Below, piece by piece: positions 47,227 to 48,055 of a stretch of DNA of 48,055 nt. How positions within the stretch are numbered: the stretch's first letter is position 1; the number at the start of each line of letters is the position of its first letter. The translations under genes and the position numbers were made by a program. The DNA comes from Bacteroidales bacterium (GTDB taxonomy: Bacteria; Bacteroidota; Bacteroidia; Bacteroidales; JACABE01): assembly GCA_023251515.1 (NCBI GenBank), contig JAHEYQ010000007.1:50363-98417 (forward strand), in the 5' to 3' direction. A model generated the notes under the pieces. The model ran no database searches. It was not told the origin of the DNA and saw nothing but the letters and a program-made list of their open reading frames with translations.

Positions 47227-47771
47227 TTGTTATAATGTATTCTCTCTTTGATAAAACGTTCGGGTTGGGCTTTTTGTTCGTTGGTATAACCGATTGCAAT
47301 GATTGAAAGCGGCTGAATATTTTCCGGCAGATTAAATAATGTTTTGACTGCCAACATTCTTTCATCACGAGGATATACACCCAACCATACCGAACCCAAA
47401 CCCATTGCATGAGCCGAAAGCAGAATATTCTGAGTTGCAGCCGAACAATCCTGAACCCAATAACCTTCTGTTTTCTCAATATTTATATCTGCCAAAACCA
47501 CTATTGCAAGCGAAGCATCTTTAAGCATAGCAGCATAAGGATGCGATTGCATGATTTTATTGAGCATTTCTCTGTCAGTTACAGCAATAAAGTGCCAGGG
47601 TTGCTCATTTCGGGCAGAAGGTGCAAACATGGCAGCCTCCAGTAATATATCAATCTGTTCCTGATTTACAGCTTGCTTTAAATATTTTCTGATACTACGA
47701 CGAGTCGTAATTATTTCCTGAAAATTTGTCATTCGTATATTTTTTACAAAGATAAAAAAGAAAGTTATCAT
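47220..47771 (-). CDS. Nitroreductase-family flavoprotein
   Basis: ITTRRSIRKY N-terminal FMN-binding motif. 183 aa. 7-nt overlap with the LOG gene. Confidence 0.85.
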   Translation of the reverse strand: MITFFFIFVKNIRMTNFQEIITTRRSIRKYLKQAVNQEQIDILLEAAMFAPSARNEQPWHFIAVTDREMLNKIMQSHPYAAMLKDASLAIVVLADINIEKTEGYWVQDCSAATQNILLSAHAMGLGSVWLGVYPRDERMLAVKTLFNLPENIQPLSIIAIGYTNEQKAQPERFIKERIHYNNW

Positions 47772-48055
47772 TCGGATTAAATTGTTTGAAGAGGCGGTCT
47801 AAAAGAATAGTCACTGAACTTGTTAATGCGACATAATACTGAATTTCAATAGGTCATTTAGTCAAACCCGATAATTTGATCTGCTATATGGATTATCCCT
47901 TTCTGCAGAATATTGTCCTTGCTTTTACATCATCTAATACTAAACCGCTAACAAGTAACTGAATTAATCCAATTGAAATTACACATAGATTTCATAATTT
48001 CTTTTTCATTATGCAAATCACATAAGACTTTACAAAGTTGTATCTCAACATCATT

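Noticed and set aside
47207-47479. 90-aa minus-strand ORF overlapping the nitroreductase gene in another frame
   Set aside because: It is fully contained in the nitroreductase CDS, which has clear family motifs.

Overview
This 48 kb window looks like a low-GC Bacteroidota chromosome segment. The evidence is several proteins ending in T9SS (Por) C-terminal sorting domains, a long Bacteroidetes/plant-type IspG, and TAnnTTTG -7 promoter motifs. Housekeeping genes alternate with accessory material, and genes are tightly packed on both strands. Core genes recognised: mreBCD operon, purH, ispG, dnaG, rsmI, sucA-sucB, an M2 (ACE-like) peptidase (partial at the left edge), a C69 dipeptidase, a C26 glutamine amidotransferase, a flotillin/SPFH protein, a LOG-family protein, a nitroreductase, two two-component systems (LytS/LytTR-type and OmpR-type) and an ECF sigma/anti-sigma pair. 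Accessory content: (1) a three-gene, translationally coupled operon (31949-36378, minus strand) encoding a C5-cytosine DNA methyltransferase, a 765-aa fusion of a MORC-like GHKL ATPase with a histidine-kinase core, and a receiver-domain protein with a C-terminal HEPN-like Rx4H motif. I consider this a candidate undescribed phospho-relay defence system. It is flanked by an orphan MNT-type nucleotidyltransferase on one side and a 560-bp array of two tandem-repeat families plus a G-rich hairpin on the other. (2) A 970-aa single-chain MmeI/Type IIG-like N6-adenine methyltransferase/restriction-like protein, translationally coupled to a 226-aa protein with a PD-(D/E)xK-like motif, followed by an extremely AT-rich palindrome-laden spacer. 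(3) Two copies (one intact, one internally deleted) of an IVS-like element encoding a four-helix-bundle protein, each bounded by GACCGAA-type heptamer repeats forming inverted termini, exactly bracketing the C69 peptidase gene. (4) A 160-bp nested-palindrome MITE-like element. (5) A duplicated ~95-bp terminator+palindrome module upstream of purH. (6) A HigB/HigA-like toxin-antitoxin pair. (7) An HMA-domain::AraC regulator fusion near a His/Gly-rich lipoprotein. No rRNA, tRNA or CRISPR array was seen. All calls are from reading the sequence and ORF translations by eye; no database search was possible.
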